This document shows, piece by piece, positions 10,073-20,702 of a stretch of DNA of 41,385 bases. A model generated the notes under the pieces. It was given only the letters and a program-made list of their open reading frames with translations, searched no databases and was not told where the DNA came from. The position numbers and the translations under genes are program-made. The DNA is from Savitreella phatthalungensis (lineage: Eukaryota): assembly GCA_051599415.1 (NCBI GenBank), contig AP039704.1, forward strand, positions 248,001 through 289,385. Reading direction: 5' to 3'. Each line of letters begins with the position of its first letter. The first letter of the stretch is position 1.

Positions 10073-12955
10073 CTACCTCGAAGATTTTGTGACGAGCTCA
10101 CCGACACTGAGCGCGATGCCCTGGGTCTTAGAACGAACGCGTACATGTCCAGAAACGCTGCCGTCGGTCTGCTGCTCCAAGCTGACATTGGCTAGCGCAT
10201 GCTCACCAAAGATGCTTTTCGCGTATAGGTTCGCGGATAAAAATGCGCAATCTCCGGACAAGCCCGAGACCGGTGTCAGACAGGCCATGTTGGTCTTGCT
10301 CATTAGTGATTCCAGACATCGCCTGACGGGAGAGTCTACTGATGTTTCAGGCCCAGTGAACCCGTCCGCGGCCGCTGACTCTAGTACTGCAACCTTGTTC
10401 TCCCATTCAAACTCCGTCCACATTGATCTGAACGCTGCCTCCGTGCAGATTGCGGGTTGAATGTAGTCTGTGATATTAATGCGCAGCTCTGATAGAATAA
10501 CGATCTTAGAGTCCTTAGTCTTTGGATCGTCGTAGACTGCATTGCCGAAAACGACCCCTGTGTCTGTCGACGATACCTTAACGACGCACTGGGTCGAGGC
10601 GAAGGCATGTGCAGATAAATTGACAGGCGTCGGACGTTCCACAATCTTCATGTTGCCGATCGTGGCGAATTCGAGGGACAAGTTTTGCAGAGTCTCCTCA
10701 GTCTGGTTGACCATGAGAATGTCGAGGACGATGTCAAATTGATTGACTGTGACATACGCTTCCACGTAAATCGGATCGGAGAAGCCGGTGAGCTGACGGA
10801 CCTTGGAGAGCTTTGATGCTGTGTCCAATACCACGGAATCGTCCCCGACAGCTTGCCGAACGTCGTGGTCGACCTCGCTCACGCCGGACTGCTCCTTTTG
10901 GCATAATTGCCTTATTGAAAGCAAGTCATCGACCTGCACAGCGTCACGCTGACGTGCTTGTTGATCCTGTTCTGTCCGCTTTCGCTCGACTGCGCCCACG
11001 AGGTCTGTGAATGCCTGCTTCGTGTCCTCCAGAAACACGTCGGCAAGCGCCCGCTCTGTCTGGAAGTCTGCTAACGATTTCAAACACGACATGATCCGGT
11101 CGAGTGAGTCCTCATCGATTGACTGTTTGGAGAACGCTGACTGTCCCGCTCGCACGATACTTGTCATAATCAGCATCGCCTCAGCACGAAGCGCATTCAC
11201 GCGTGTTCCATCCTCTGTTAGGCTCGCATATCGCATGACGAGCTTGGTAAGCGTCGCCGACAACACTGTGGCCAGATAGAAATCACCGTCAAGTATCAAG
11301 GACCGCAGCGGCGGTCTGTTTGTGGCCAGTGGGGCCAGCCCGCGTTGCTTCTTGTTCGCGTCTTCTTGACCGACTGCCGACTCGGTCGCGTATGTTCCAT
11401 CGGCGAGGACGCGAGTACGGATGCTGCTCGGCGTGATAAGATCGACAGATTGGTGTGCCTCGGACTCATGTTGCGCGTCGTTAGCCTGGTCGGCGTGCCG
11501 TTGCTCGGCTGCGATGATCGGAACCTCACCAATACTGGCGCGGATCTGTTTCCACGCTGCGCGCACGTCTGCATCTGTATCGCAGTACTCGCCGATGACC
11601 CACAAGGCTCCTCGGTAAACGCGTCCAGCCTTCGTCTCAGCGAGCGTAAGAAGCAGACGCTCGATAATACTCTGCCGCAGCTGCGGAAAGCGCTCGACCA
11701 CTTCCTTAACGAAATTGATGATGTCGGCTGCGCTTGCGGTGTTCATCTCGGCAATGAAGTCCATGAGCAGGTAGACCACATTTGACGCTACCTGTGGGAA
11801 GCGCATAGCACACTTGTGGACAGTTCCGATGAGTAGCTGGCGGTATTCGTTAGTCTTGTCGTAATCACGTTCCATTGATTTTGTCAGCTCCTTCTTCAGC
11901 AGGTTGACGAACTCTTCGACAGTTCTGCTCGAGATCATCTCTAGGGCGATGGTCAGGGCCTTACGGCGTACATCGAGGTCTGGCGAGCTAAGAACGTTAA
12001 GACACTGCAACACGAAGTCCTCGAGCAGGCCTACGTGTGTTTTGCGAAGTTCGTCGATGCGATCAAGCATGATCAGTTTGGCGTTATTGTCAGGCTCTTT
12101 GACAATGAGCTCGACGATTTTTGAAGCGGCGGCCTGAACTGCTGCAGGATTAGTGGAGATGAGTGTCAACGCGGAAGCAGCCTCAAATGCAACAGTATTG
12201 ATTGGCGTATCAAGCAGATCGAAGATGAGCTTTAAATACTGTGCTTTGTTCTGAGGGTTCAGAAGCACGTCTTTTCGGATGAAGTCGATGATGGAGAGCT
12301 GCATGAGCTCATCCATACTCGTGATGGAGCTGAAGTTGTTGACCAGAAATGTGGCAGCCTTGACATGATCAAGGATGGTGAGAACGACGAATGCGTTTCG
12401 ACGGCAGGTAGCGTCGGTCTCAGCGACCAAAAAGCTGTTGATCAAGTCCGGGGCATCCGGAATGAGGTGTTCGGACTGCTGATAAATCGAGTAGACTGCA
12501 AGCACTGCGCTTTTCCGGACGTACGCTTGTCGATGTTCCAGATTTTGTCGGCATGTGGGGACAAGGGGTTCGAGCAATTCGACATCCTTTAGCTTTGTAA
12601 GGAAACGAAGCGTGTATCCGCGAATGTACTCGTTTGGATGCTGCAGGTCGTTTCGAATCGCATTGCAGACGAGAATCATTTCCTGCTTGAGCTTGCCATC
12701 GGATCCGTGCTTAGGACAGACTTCCCAGTAGAAATAAAGTAGCTTCTTGAGAGCCTTACTGCGAGACGGCATGACGAAGCGAATGACATGCATGAGGACG
12801 CCAGGTAGAGGGTCGCCGTTGTACATGAGCGTGAGGATTAGCCTCATTGTCTCTATCTTGACAGCATCACTCTTACTCTCCAGCGCCGTTTTAAGCTGAT
12901 CGACAGCAGGTACATCAGTGCTGGGCGCCTGAGCTACCAACGTCCACGACGACAT
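10073..12955 (-). CDS. SEC26: Coatomer subunit beta (beta-COP)
   Basis: 960 aa; motifs KLKQEMILVCNAIRNDLQHPNEYIRG, QLTGFSDPIYVEAYV, FRSMWTEFEWENKV and RVRSKTQGIALS. Confidence 0.97.
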   Translation of the reverse strand: MSSWTLVAQAPSTDVPAVDQLKTALESKSDAVKIETMRLILTLMYNGDPLPGVLMHVIRFVMPSRSKALKKLLYFYWEVCPKHGSDGKLKQEMILVCNAIRNDLQHPNEYIRGYTLRFLTKLKDVELLEPLVPTCRQNLEHRQAYVRKSAVLAVYSIYQQSEHLIPDAPDLINSFLVAETDATCRRNAFVVLTILDHVKAATFLVNNFSSITSMDELMQLSIIDFIRKDVLLNPQNKAQYLKLIFDLLDTPINTVAFEAASALTLISTNPAAVQAAASKIVELIVKEPDNNAKLIMLDRIDELRKTHVGLLEDFVLQCLNVLSSPDLDVRRKALTIALEMISSRTVEEFVNLLKKELTKSMERDYDKTNEYRQLLIGTVHKCAMRFPQVASNVVYLLMDFIAEMNTASAADIINFVKEVVERFPQLRQSIIERLLLTLAETKAGRVYRGALWVIGEYCDTDADVRAAWKQIRASIGEVPIIAAEQRHADQANDAQHESEAHQSVDLITPSSIRTRVLADGTYATESAVGQEDANKKQRGLAPLATNRPPLRSLILDGDFYLATVLSATLTKLVMRYASLTEDGTRVNALRAEAMLIMTSIVRAGQSAFSKQSIDEDSLDRIMSCLKSLADFQTERALADVFLEDTKQAFTDLVGAVERKRTEQDQQARQRDAVQVDDLLSIRQLCQKEQSGVSEVDHDVRQAVGDDSVVLDTASKLSKVRQLTGFSDPIYVEAYVTVNQFDIVLDILMVNQTEETLQNLSLEFATIGNMKIVERPTPVNLSAHAFASTQCVVKVSSTDTGVVFGNAVYDDPKTKDSKIVILSELRINITDYIQPAICTEAAFRSMWTEFEWENKVAVLESAAADGFTGPETSVDSPVRRCLESLMSKTNMACLTPVSGLSGDCAFLSANLYAKSIFGEHALANVSLEQQTDGSVSGHVRVRSKTQGIALSVGELVTKSSR

Positions 12956-13478
12956 CGTGCGATGCTCTCGTAGATTCTCAGATGTGGCTAATCTCGTAGA
13001 TATTGAGATGTAGCTATTCTCAACTTCGACAAAGTTGTCTGCGACGTGTCAGCGCGTTTTGGCAGAAATTAGCCAATATCACCAGATCGGACGGCAGGAT
13101 TCACGTACGGCTCTACTAAGGTTTCTGAACCCGGTTGTTCTGTCGGAGTTTGATCGAGTATGCATAAACCAGATCGCTCAGGTGAGCCTCCCGCACGTCC
13201 CGGTAAACATAAAGATCGCACGTGTCGGGTTGATATGCGAAGGGCGACGCCACATGAGGCGCAATTCGAGGAATACGTACGAGGTATGAAAGCTCGGACT
13301 GCGGTCTACATTGCTGGCCATTTGACCTCCGATTTCGTGCATCTCGCTATTGAGATCCAGAATGAAAGGCAAGACATGCCGACATGTGGAGGCCGAGTAA
13401 AGCTGGCCGCTAAATGCATGTGGTGGACAAAGATTGATACATCATTGATGTGCGCAAGGACGACATAGCGCACGCCAG

Positions 13479-13967
13479 ATGGCTGACGACAATGCGCGGC
13501 CAGAGCCCAATTTGAACGGCCATCAGCGTGAATCATTCTACCTGCGCTATTATTCCGGCCACAACGGTCGCTTTGGCCACGAATTCCTCGAGTTTGACTT
13601 CCTGGATGATGGCACGGCGCGCTATGCAAACAATAGCAACTACCGTGACGACACGCTGATACAGAAGGAGTTTTGCGTTGGCCCATTGGTTATCGAAGCG
13701 CTCAAGCAAATCGTGCGAGAGAGTGAGATCCTCAAGGAGGATGACTCCCGCTGGCCTCCTCGATCGCGCGAGGGTCGACAAGAGCTCGAAGTCCGGCTCG
13801 GGCAGGAACACATCAACTTCGAACTGGACAAAATCGGAAGTCTGACAGATATCCAAGAGAGTGACGATCCTGAAGGACTAAGGGTGTTCTACTACACGGT
13901 ACAAGACATAAAGGCGTTATGCTTTAGTCTTATCTCGCTACACTTTAAAATTCGACCAATCAGGTGA
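13479..13967 (+). CDS. mago: Mago nashi, exon-junction complex core protein
   Basis: Motifs [30 protein letters not shown] and [27 protein letters not shown]. Confidence 0.97.
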   Translation: MADDNARPEPNLNGHQRESFYLRYYSGHNGRFGHEFLEFDFLDDGTARYANNSNYRDDTLIQKEFCVGPLVIEALKQIVRESEILKEDDSRWPPRSREGRQELEVRLGQEHINFELDKIGSLTDIQESDDPEGLRVFYYTVQDIKALCFSLISLHFKIRPIR

Positions 13968-15513
13968 GGTTGCCTTTCCGCCATTCGCTAAAATACAGAC
14001 CGTCAACCGTGATGATGCGACCGAGTCCTTTGTGGACTTCAACCTGAACCGGCCCGTGAGGAATTGGTTCGCCGTCAATTGCCCAATTCTCGCGCTTCTT
14101 GTGCGGGACCACGCGGAAAGCGTGCCATTTGCCATAATTGCATAGTTCGGCATCGTAATGCGCTGCTTTATCAACGGCAGAAAAGGCGGATAGTCCAGCC
14201 ACCAGACCATTGTCACTGCGCATCCACATGACGTCGATAGCGCCGGTATTTGGCCTCGCGGCAGGAAAGACACACGGCTTGGCGGCCATGTACGGCATAA
14301 GGCCTGCCCAGAGAGTTCCCATCTTGCGCTCTTCCCGGGTCACCCAACGTGAATCAAGTGCATCTTCCACCGACCCGTACTTTAAGGGCGGCAGTCCTTC
14401 TTCTGAAATAACATCCGCGACTCGTGCAATTGGAAGTTCCGCGACTTGCGCTCTCGGCGTGCCTACATGCGTGTCGAATTCGGCCCGCATGGCTGCTTTA
14501 TCTCCCTGAAGGCGGCCCACTACCGAGAGCGTGCATGGGTATGCCCTCGCTTGTAGAACCCGCTGAATAACGCGGACGTCGAACCGCACCGGGCCCATCC
14601 ATCTGAGATTGTCCGTACCAACATCACAGTCCGCGATGACTCCATATGATATCGAGAAGTAGGCGAGCAAACGCGGTTGACCGGGCTGCGTCACACTCAT
14701 GATGTCAATGGGTGTCTCAATACCCTTGAGCAGCGAAAGTGTGCACTCGACGGGATCGTGCGTGTTGTAGATCGAACGTGCCGCGCCGTTGCCGGATCCA
14801 GCCGGAATAAATCCTATTGGGAGATTGGCAAGCGCGTATCTGGCGTCTTTCCGACGTCCGAGCCCATTGAAGACCTCATGCGGCAGGCCGTCGCCAGAAA
14901 CACAGATAATTGCGTCGTATCTTCCAACGTCAATCTGTTCCGCGATATCTCGAGCATGAAAGCGATATCGTGTCTCCTCTATATGTACAACGCACTCTGC
15001 TGCCTCCAGCATCGGCGCAACGATCTGATGAAATATTGTCTTTGCTTTACCTGTACCACCAAAGGGATTGAGCAATACTTTAAAAAGCTTTCTGGGCTTC
15101 ACAGGCCCGTAGGCTGCAGCCCACAAGCCACGCACCAGCTCTTGCGTGCGCTGATCGTCAATTATACCACCAAAGTCGAGACGATCGAGCCGTGTCTTCC
15201 CGTTATCCCTGCGAATAAAGCGTACTGTCAGAAGTACTCTATCGTACGAGCAGCCGACAATATCGTGCAGCGGGATGAGCAGCGCAGCGTCGCGCGGACG
15301 TGCAGAACCACAACATGTAGCCATAACGGCGTGCAAGTGGACCTCAGGGTGATTCAAATAATCGCGAGCGTTCAGGATGCGCAGGCCCGTGGCCTCGATG
15401 ACGAGGCGTAAAGGCTCTTCTGATCCGCTGAGCAACATCGCACGGGCAGTCTGACGGGAAATGCGCCGGTCACCTTCTGAGCGCCGACTGAGTGCATACT
15501 CAGGAATTGACAT
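13960..15513 (-). CDS. LCB4: Sphingoid long-chain base kinase (DAGKc family)
   Basis: Motifs [48 protein letters not shown] and IDGE. Confidence 0.9.
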   Translation of the reverse strand: MSIPEYALSRRSEGDRRISRQTARAMLLSGSEEPLRLVIEATGLRILNARDYLNHPEVHLHAVMATCCGSARPRDAALLIPLHDIVGCSYDRVLLTVRFIRRDNGKTRLDRLDFGGIIDDQRTQELVRGLWAAAYGPVKPRKLFKVLLNPFGGTGKAKTIFHQIVAPMLEAAECVVHIEETRYRFHARDIAEQIDVGRYDAIICVSGDGLPHEVFNGLGRRKDARYALANLPIGFIPAGSGNGAARSIYNTHDPVECTLSLLKGIETPIDIMSVTQPGQPRLLAYFSISYGVIADCDVGTDNLRWMGPVRFDVRVIQRVLQARAYPCTLSVVGRLQGDKAAMRAEFDTHVGTPRAQVAELPIARVADVISEEGLPPLKYGSVEDALDSRWVTREERKMGTLWAGLMPYMAAKPCVFPAARPNTGAIDVMWMRSDNGLVAGLSAFSAVDKAAHYDAELCNYGKWHAFRVVPHKKRENWAIDGEPIPHGPVQVEVHKGLGRIITVDGLYFSEWRKGNLT

Positions 15514-15799
15514 CGGCGAGTTGCAGGACGAGCCGGTTGACCGATGCCAAGGAGATAAAGATCACGATCGATCAATCGCGCGTACATGAATATCATGCAT
15601 TAAAGGTAAACTTGCGGCGCTGGTCTAGCTATAAATAGCTCTGTGATTTGCCTGTCCAATTCAATTCTGCACGGGTTCAAATTCGTCGGCAGTTAAAGCA
15701 AGGTTGTCTACATGCCGGTGGCAAAACAGGGATCTCCGCGCATCGGCTTGGAAGGTCATGTCACATTCCATTCCGGAGGGAAGCCATGGCCTCGCCAAC

Positions 15800-18700
15800 T
15801 CATCGCGAAACTCCATCCCTAGGACTCACTGTCACACTTTCTCGAGCAGCGGAGACCCAGCCATCGACCTGTTGCTCGATGGCTTGAGTCGGCAAGTAGC
15901 CCGCCGGCCCATACAAGCTCAGAATGACGGGCAGGAACACGAGCCCATGAGCTGCCGCCACGAAGATCAGCGAAAGCCACATGCGAAAGTAGAAGACCTC
16001 AAAGATCTTGGAGTGTGTGAAAGCAAGAACAGCGACGCCGACGAACTTGCACATGGTGATACCACTGATCACCGATGCACCGACGCGATTGAGAGCATTG
16101 GCAGCCTGATGATCGCGGTACGTTCGGTAAGCCATGGAATACGAGTCGTGCGAGGTCGCGATCGGCATGACATATGCTCGCGCCAGGTGCGAGCAGAATT
16201 CAACGCCGATACCGACACAAATGACAAGGTTGACAACGCTGAGAGCATTCAAGCTGACGTCGAGCAAGACCATTAGCCCCGCTACATCAAGAACAATCAT
16301 AGCTGTGGTGATCGCGACAATGATTGCAGTCTGTGGCGAACCGAGCAAAATTGTACTGATAATCCAGACAGCCAAAATTGAGGAGCCCAGTAGGACCGTG
16401 GTGAGCCGCAAGATAGAGCTGTACTGGTCGAAGAAGACATAGTGAACACTGTAGGGGAAAACGTCCAATCCAGTTCTTTCCCGAATCTCTGCAGCCACGC
16501 GTCGACTAGCCGCATACGAATTGATCAAGTCGCCTTGCGTCCGGAGCGGAACGTGGAAGCTGCGCGCGGCGCTTCCAGCTATCGTCGTATGCATGCGGTC
16601 GAGCACCAAGGCGCTGCTGTAAGCAGCTTTGCCTGCGACTGGGCAGTCCTCGTTTGTGGGTGAGTCGAGCCAGTGCTGCAAGTAGCGCAAGAATTCTGTA
16701 CCTTGTGGCATTCCTGCGAGGCTGATGTTCCAGGCAGGATGCTTGCCTGCGAAACATGGTACACATAGGGACTCTGCATCCTCGGGCCCGCAGAATCGAT
16801 CTCTATCAGTCTTGCGCACCCTGCAACACATCTCGAACTCAGGTTTCAGCCAGTAGAAAAAGTCGTCGAGCCATGAATCAGCAGGTTCTGCCAGGTACGA
16901 GATCTCCGGACGCTTTCTTTCTTGCTCTATCACGTTTGCCAAGGAAAAGTCCTGGCAGGACGTGAATCGTCCGCATTCAGCCTGTTGAATGGTTCGGTCG
17001 GTAGCGTTCGCATCACGCACAATGAAGTAGACCGGTGGGCCAACGTTGAAAAGCCCGGCGAGATCTTGGAAGTAGTCCACGAGATATGAATCAGAAGGAA
17101 CAGCTAGCTTCTGATCAAGACCCATTTGCATCGATGGTAGAAGAGACAAGGCAAGCGCCGCCAAGCTGAAGAAGATCACAAGGACAGAGCCCTTGACGTA
17201 GGGTCTCATTAAATATGGAGCGTATCGTGAACGGATAAAGTGTGTCAACCAATCGTCGATTTCTTCTTCTGGTTGGCCATAACCTCCGATTGTGATGCAC
17301 GGCGCGCAGTCTACGCGGCCTTCCTGCACACGCCTCGCATCCAGACACATCAACGCAGGGAAGGCTGTTACCTGCAGGACGGCATTGATGACGACAGCGC
17401 CCGTGGCGTAGATGGCGAAGTTGCGTACCGCGGGCATGCCCACAAAAGTGCCTGCTGCAAAAGCGATCGCTTCGCAAGAAGTGCTCATCAGTATCGACGG
17501 GCCGACAGTCGACAGCGTTCGAGCGACGCGGGTTTCAACCGTGAGGCCACGGTCCATCACTTCGAACTCGTGCGTCAGCAAAAAGATATTGTCGACACCG
17601 ATGGCCAGAACGAGGAACGGTATGACCTCAGCAATGATGAGCGTCACGGATACGCCGAAGAAGGAGAACAGGCCGACAGCGGATGACACTGAGAGCAGAA
17701 CAATGATGATGCCTGCAAGCCCGAGCGAAAATTTCGACTCGATCAATGCTGCTCGAACACTCTGCCTCGCAGAGCCTAACGCGAGAGAGGCGTAGAGGAA
17801 CATGGCCAGATAAGAAGCAATCACAATTTTCGCGTCGGTGTTGGACGATTTGCTCAACTCCGCCTCAAGCGACGATTCGGTCGAGAACGACAATCTCAGG
17901 CCGTAATCCTGTGCATCGTGGCGGGCACGAAGAAGCAGCTCCTGGAGAGCTTGCTCCCAATCTAGTGCTGCGCTGTTCCCTTCCTCAGCGTTGTGATTCC
18001 TCAAGACAAGGGTCGAAACAAGTGCTTCTGCATTCAGGGCTCCTCGGCGGAGATCACCCCCTAAGACGAAGGCAGGTTTGAGTGGCTGCCCAAACTCGGG
18101 CAAGCAGCTGATGGGTTCACCCGCGCAGGCCTCTAGGTCATCGCGCCAGGTCTCTTCATCGACATTGGACCAGCGGGCCTGCCAATATCCCGTCACACTT
18201 TGGACGACGCAGCCCTCATCGGTGGGCTTGAAACAAACGTCTTCGATGCTTACTCCGCTGTCGGTTCGAATGGAACGAATTTGTTCTTCCAGGTTAAACC
18301 ACCAGCGCAGATTGTCGAAAGTGACTACTGAAGATGAGGCGTCCGTAGCATTACTCAAAAATATTTGCTCGGCGCGATAGAACGGTCCGAAATTCTCATC
18401 GAAGAAGATCTTCTCACCAGCTGCAGCGGACGAAGGTGCCACCCACAGCTTCACGGGATCTGTCTCAATGTGAAACCTGAGCCAGCCACCAGAGAGGGCG
18501 GCAGAGAGAAGCAGGCATGCACCGACCGTCGCGTACGGAAACTCTGCGCAGAAACTTCCAAGCTGGTGAAAGCGGTCAGAGAGCATGCTGTTGAGCCGAT
18601 ATGTGCCGCGAGATTCGTCCTCGGGAACGTGAGTGATGCTTGACTCATCGACCATGGTATCATCACGAAGCGTCAAGCTCCATGGGCGGCCATCTCGCCA

Positions 18701-19558
18701 AATCGCAGCAGCCTGCTTCCGCACCCGTGTGCGCAAATACAGGACGATAAAGAAGATCGTTCCAAGGCTGTAAGCCAGCGCAACAGCGAATGAGAGACAA
18801 TGCATAGAGCCGACGAGGCACGTAGTTCCCGGTGCAGACGTCTCCGGGAGCTTCGGACATCTTCCGGAGCAGTCAATGCAGGCACATCCGTAGACAGCAT
18901 CATCACATGCCACAGTGTCGATGTGTGCCGATTGCATCGTAGTTGGCACTTCTGTCGGGAAGTCAATCTGTATTGGGGATCCGACAGGAGACTTGCGACC
19001 GAGGAACCGCGCAAGACCGCGACCATCCGTTGCGCCACCGCCGAGGAGGTCCATCGCGTATCCATTGGTCGCCGAGAACTTTACCTCTCGACAACTATTG
19101 TAGAAACCGGCCAGCGACTCATCATCGATATAGTAGCTGAGATGACTGACAACATCTTTTCCGTCGTTGCTCTTGCTGATCTCCTCGATCCGTAGGAATG
19201 ACGCCTGCTCGGGCGAGCAGGTAAAGGCGCAGAAGAATTCGACAAAGTTGCGCTGACATGCTGGACAGGACGAGATCAGTGGATCGGCCTTTTTGAGATT
19301 GTCTCGCAGCGATTCCACCTGAGCAATATCACAGCAGAGATCCTTTTTGGCGTAGCTGTCGCCACAAACCTCGACCACGAGCGAGCGCAGCGCCTTGTCG
19401 GGCGAACTGGCCGGCCCGTCGTAGGGACATGGTAGTTCACTGCCGAAGAATGACTCCTTGCCACATTGACCGCGCATCGCGCAGTGGCCTTCGTAGCGCC
19501 GGGAAGCTATCACCGAGCCGAATAGCGCCAGCATTGGCGCAAGCCAGAGCGGCGTCAT
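15800..19558 (-). CDS. NCR1: Niemann-Pick type C1-related sterol transporter
   Basis: Signal peptide from ATG 19558 (MTPLWLAPMLAL), Cys-rich NPC1 N-terminal domain (CPACQRNF..FFC.FTCSP), sterol-sensing domain (EVIPFLVLAIGVDNIFLL) and GIGVEFCSH. Confidence 0.95.
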   Translation of the reverse strand: MTPLWLAPMLALFGSVIASRRYEGHCAMRGQCGKESFFGSELPCPYDGPASSPDKALRSLVVEVCGDSYAKKDLCCDIAQVESLRDNLKKADPLISSCPACQRNFVEFFCAFTCSPEQASFLRIEEISKSNDGKDVVSHLSYYIDDESLAGFYNSCREVKFSATNGYAMDLLGGGATDGRGLARFLGRKSPVGSPIQIDFPTEVPTTMQSAHIDTVACDDAVYGCACIDCSGRCPKLPETSAPGTTCLVGSMHCLSFAVALAYSLGTIFFIVLYLRTRVRKQAAAIWRDGRPWSLTLRDDTMVDESSITHVPEDESRGTYRLNSMLSDRFHQLGSFCAEFPYATVGACLLLSAALSGGWLRFHIETDPVKLWVAPSSAAAGEKIFFDENFGPFYRAEQIFLSNATDASSSVVTFDNLRWWFNLEEQIRSIRTDSGVSIEDVCFKPTDEGCVVQSVTGYWQARWSNVDEETWRDDLEACAGEPISCLPEFGQPLKPAFVLGGDLRRGALNAEALVSTLVLRNHNAEEGNSAALDWEQALQELLLRARHDAQDYGLRLSFSTESSLEAELSKSSNTDAKIVIASYLAMFLYASLALGSARQSVRAALIESKFSLGLAGIIIVLLSVSSAVGLFSFFGVSVTLIIAEVIPFLVLAIGVDNIFLLTHEFEVMDRGLTVETRVARTLSTVGPSILMSTSCEAIAFAAGTFVGMPAVRNFAIYATGAVVINAVLQVTAFPALMCLDARRVQEGRVDCAPCITIGGYGQPEEEIDDWLTHFIRSRYAPYLMRPYVKGSVLVIFFSLAALALSLLPSMQMGLDQKLAVPSDSYLVDYFQDLAGLFNVGPPVYFIVRDANATDRTIQQAECGRFTSCQDFSLANVIEQERKRPEISYLAEPADSWLDDFFYWLKPEFEMCCRVRKTDRDRFCGPEDAESLCVPCFAGKHPAWNISLAGMPQGTEFLRYLQHWLDSPTNEDCPVAGKAAYSSALVLDRMHTTIAGSAARSFHVPLRTQGDLINSYAASRRVAAEIRERTGLDVFPYSVHYVFFDQYSSILRLTTVLLGSSILAVWIISTILLGSPQTAIIVAITTAMIVLDVAGLMVLLDVSLNALSVVNLVICVGIGVEFCSHLARAYVMPIATSHDSYSMAYRTYRDHQAANALNRVGASVISGITMCKFVGVAVLAFTHSKIFEVFYFRMWLSLIFVAAAHGLVFLPVILSLYGPAGYLPTQAIEQQVDGWVSAARESVTVSPRDGVSR

Positions 19559-19900
19559 CGTCCAGTCCCTATCACATACGTCGAATTGCCCCACAAATAT
19601 TAGGGTCTCGATCAAACGATCGCCCCGGCGATAAATATGGTCAAAATCTCGATGCATGGCGTAGGTGCATATGAACATGGCGTACATGTGCACGTGCGTG
19701 CATGATGCTCGGGCGCGCACGCAGTAGTTAACATTATATTTTTGATGTTGCGGAAAGGAAAGCTCGAAACCCGGCTCAACTCACGCTAAAGATGCACGCG
19801 CATTGACACCCGAAAAGAATAACGTATGCGGAGGTGCGTACTATCGTGGTTCCCCGGTTGAGCGAATATATTGGCAGCGAGATAGCTTATTCGTGACAGT

Positions 19901-20685
19901 ATGTCATTGAGAGCACTTGTCACAGGCGCTTCGGGTTGGTAGATTTGGTCGTTGACAATCGTAGGGACTGATTGACTGACTCGCTGACAGGAGGCATTGG
20001 TCAGGCGATCTGCATCGCCTTCGCGTCGCGCGGATATGAGTTGGTTTTACAGTATTCTAGCCATGACCCCACATTGTTGCGGGAGACGCTGGCGAAAGAG
20101 TATGCCCACATCAGGGTCTTGTTTGTCCAGGTAGATCTGTCCGAGCAGATCGGCTGTGAGACTCTAGCTAAAGAAGCTCTCGACTTCTTCGACGGACGAT
20201 GCGACATCTTCGTGTCAAATGCGGGAGCCGCTTTGATGAAAGCTGAGATTTGGGACATTGGTGTCTCGGACCTCGATAGCCTGCACGCCATCAACGTACG
20301 GCCTTCCTTCATGTTATGTAAAGCTGTGGTGCCCGGTATGAAGGAGCGTGGATTCGGCAGACTTATCTTCATCTCGAGTATTTCTGCGCTTGGCGGCGGA
20401 GTCAATGGTTGTCACTACGCCGCCTCGAAGGGCGCAATGACTTCTATGATGCGCAACCTCTCAGCTCATCTGGCTAAGTTCGGCATCACGGCGAACGACG
20501 TGTCACCTGCGTTGATTGAGGACACCGGAATGATTCCAAGCGATCGTGATATCCCAATCAAGCGCGATATGATTCCTGTCGGTCGCCTGGGCAAACCGAA
20601 TGAGGTTGCTCGTGTGGTCGAGATGCTTGTCGACGTAGGTTACATGACTGGTCAATCACTGCTATTGAGTGGTGGCCTCAAATAA
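19901..20685 (+). CDS. Short-chain dehydrogenase/reductase (FabG-like), 2 exons
   Basis: Intron 19935-19990 (GTTGGT...CTGACAG) restores MSLRALVTGASGGIG (TGxxxGIG Rossmann motif). Also SNAG and the catalytic YAASK. Confidence 0.9.
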
Positions 20686-20702
20686 AGACTTGCGTGGCAG
20701 CC

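Noticed and set aside
13960..19558. LCB4 plus NCR1 as a sphingolipid/sterol gene cluster
   Set aside because: Adjacency of two housekeeping genes in a compact genome is not evidence of a cluster without synteny or co-expression data.
19559..19720. N-terminal extension of NCR1 in the ORF track
   Set aside because: The signal peptide begins at ATG 19558; the upstream frame starts at GTG and looks non-coding.
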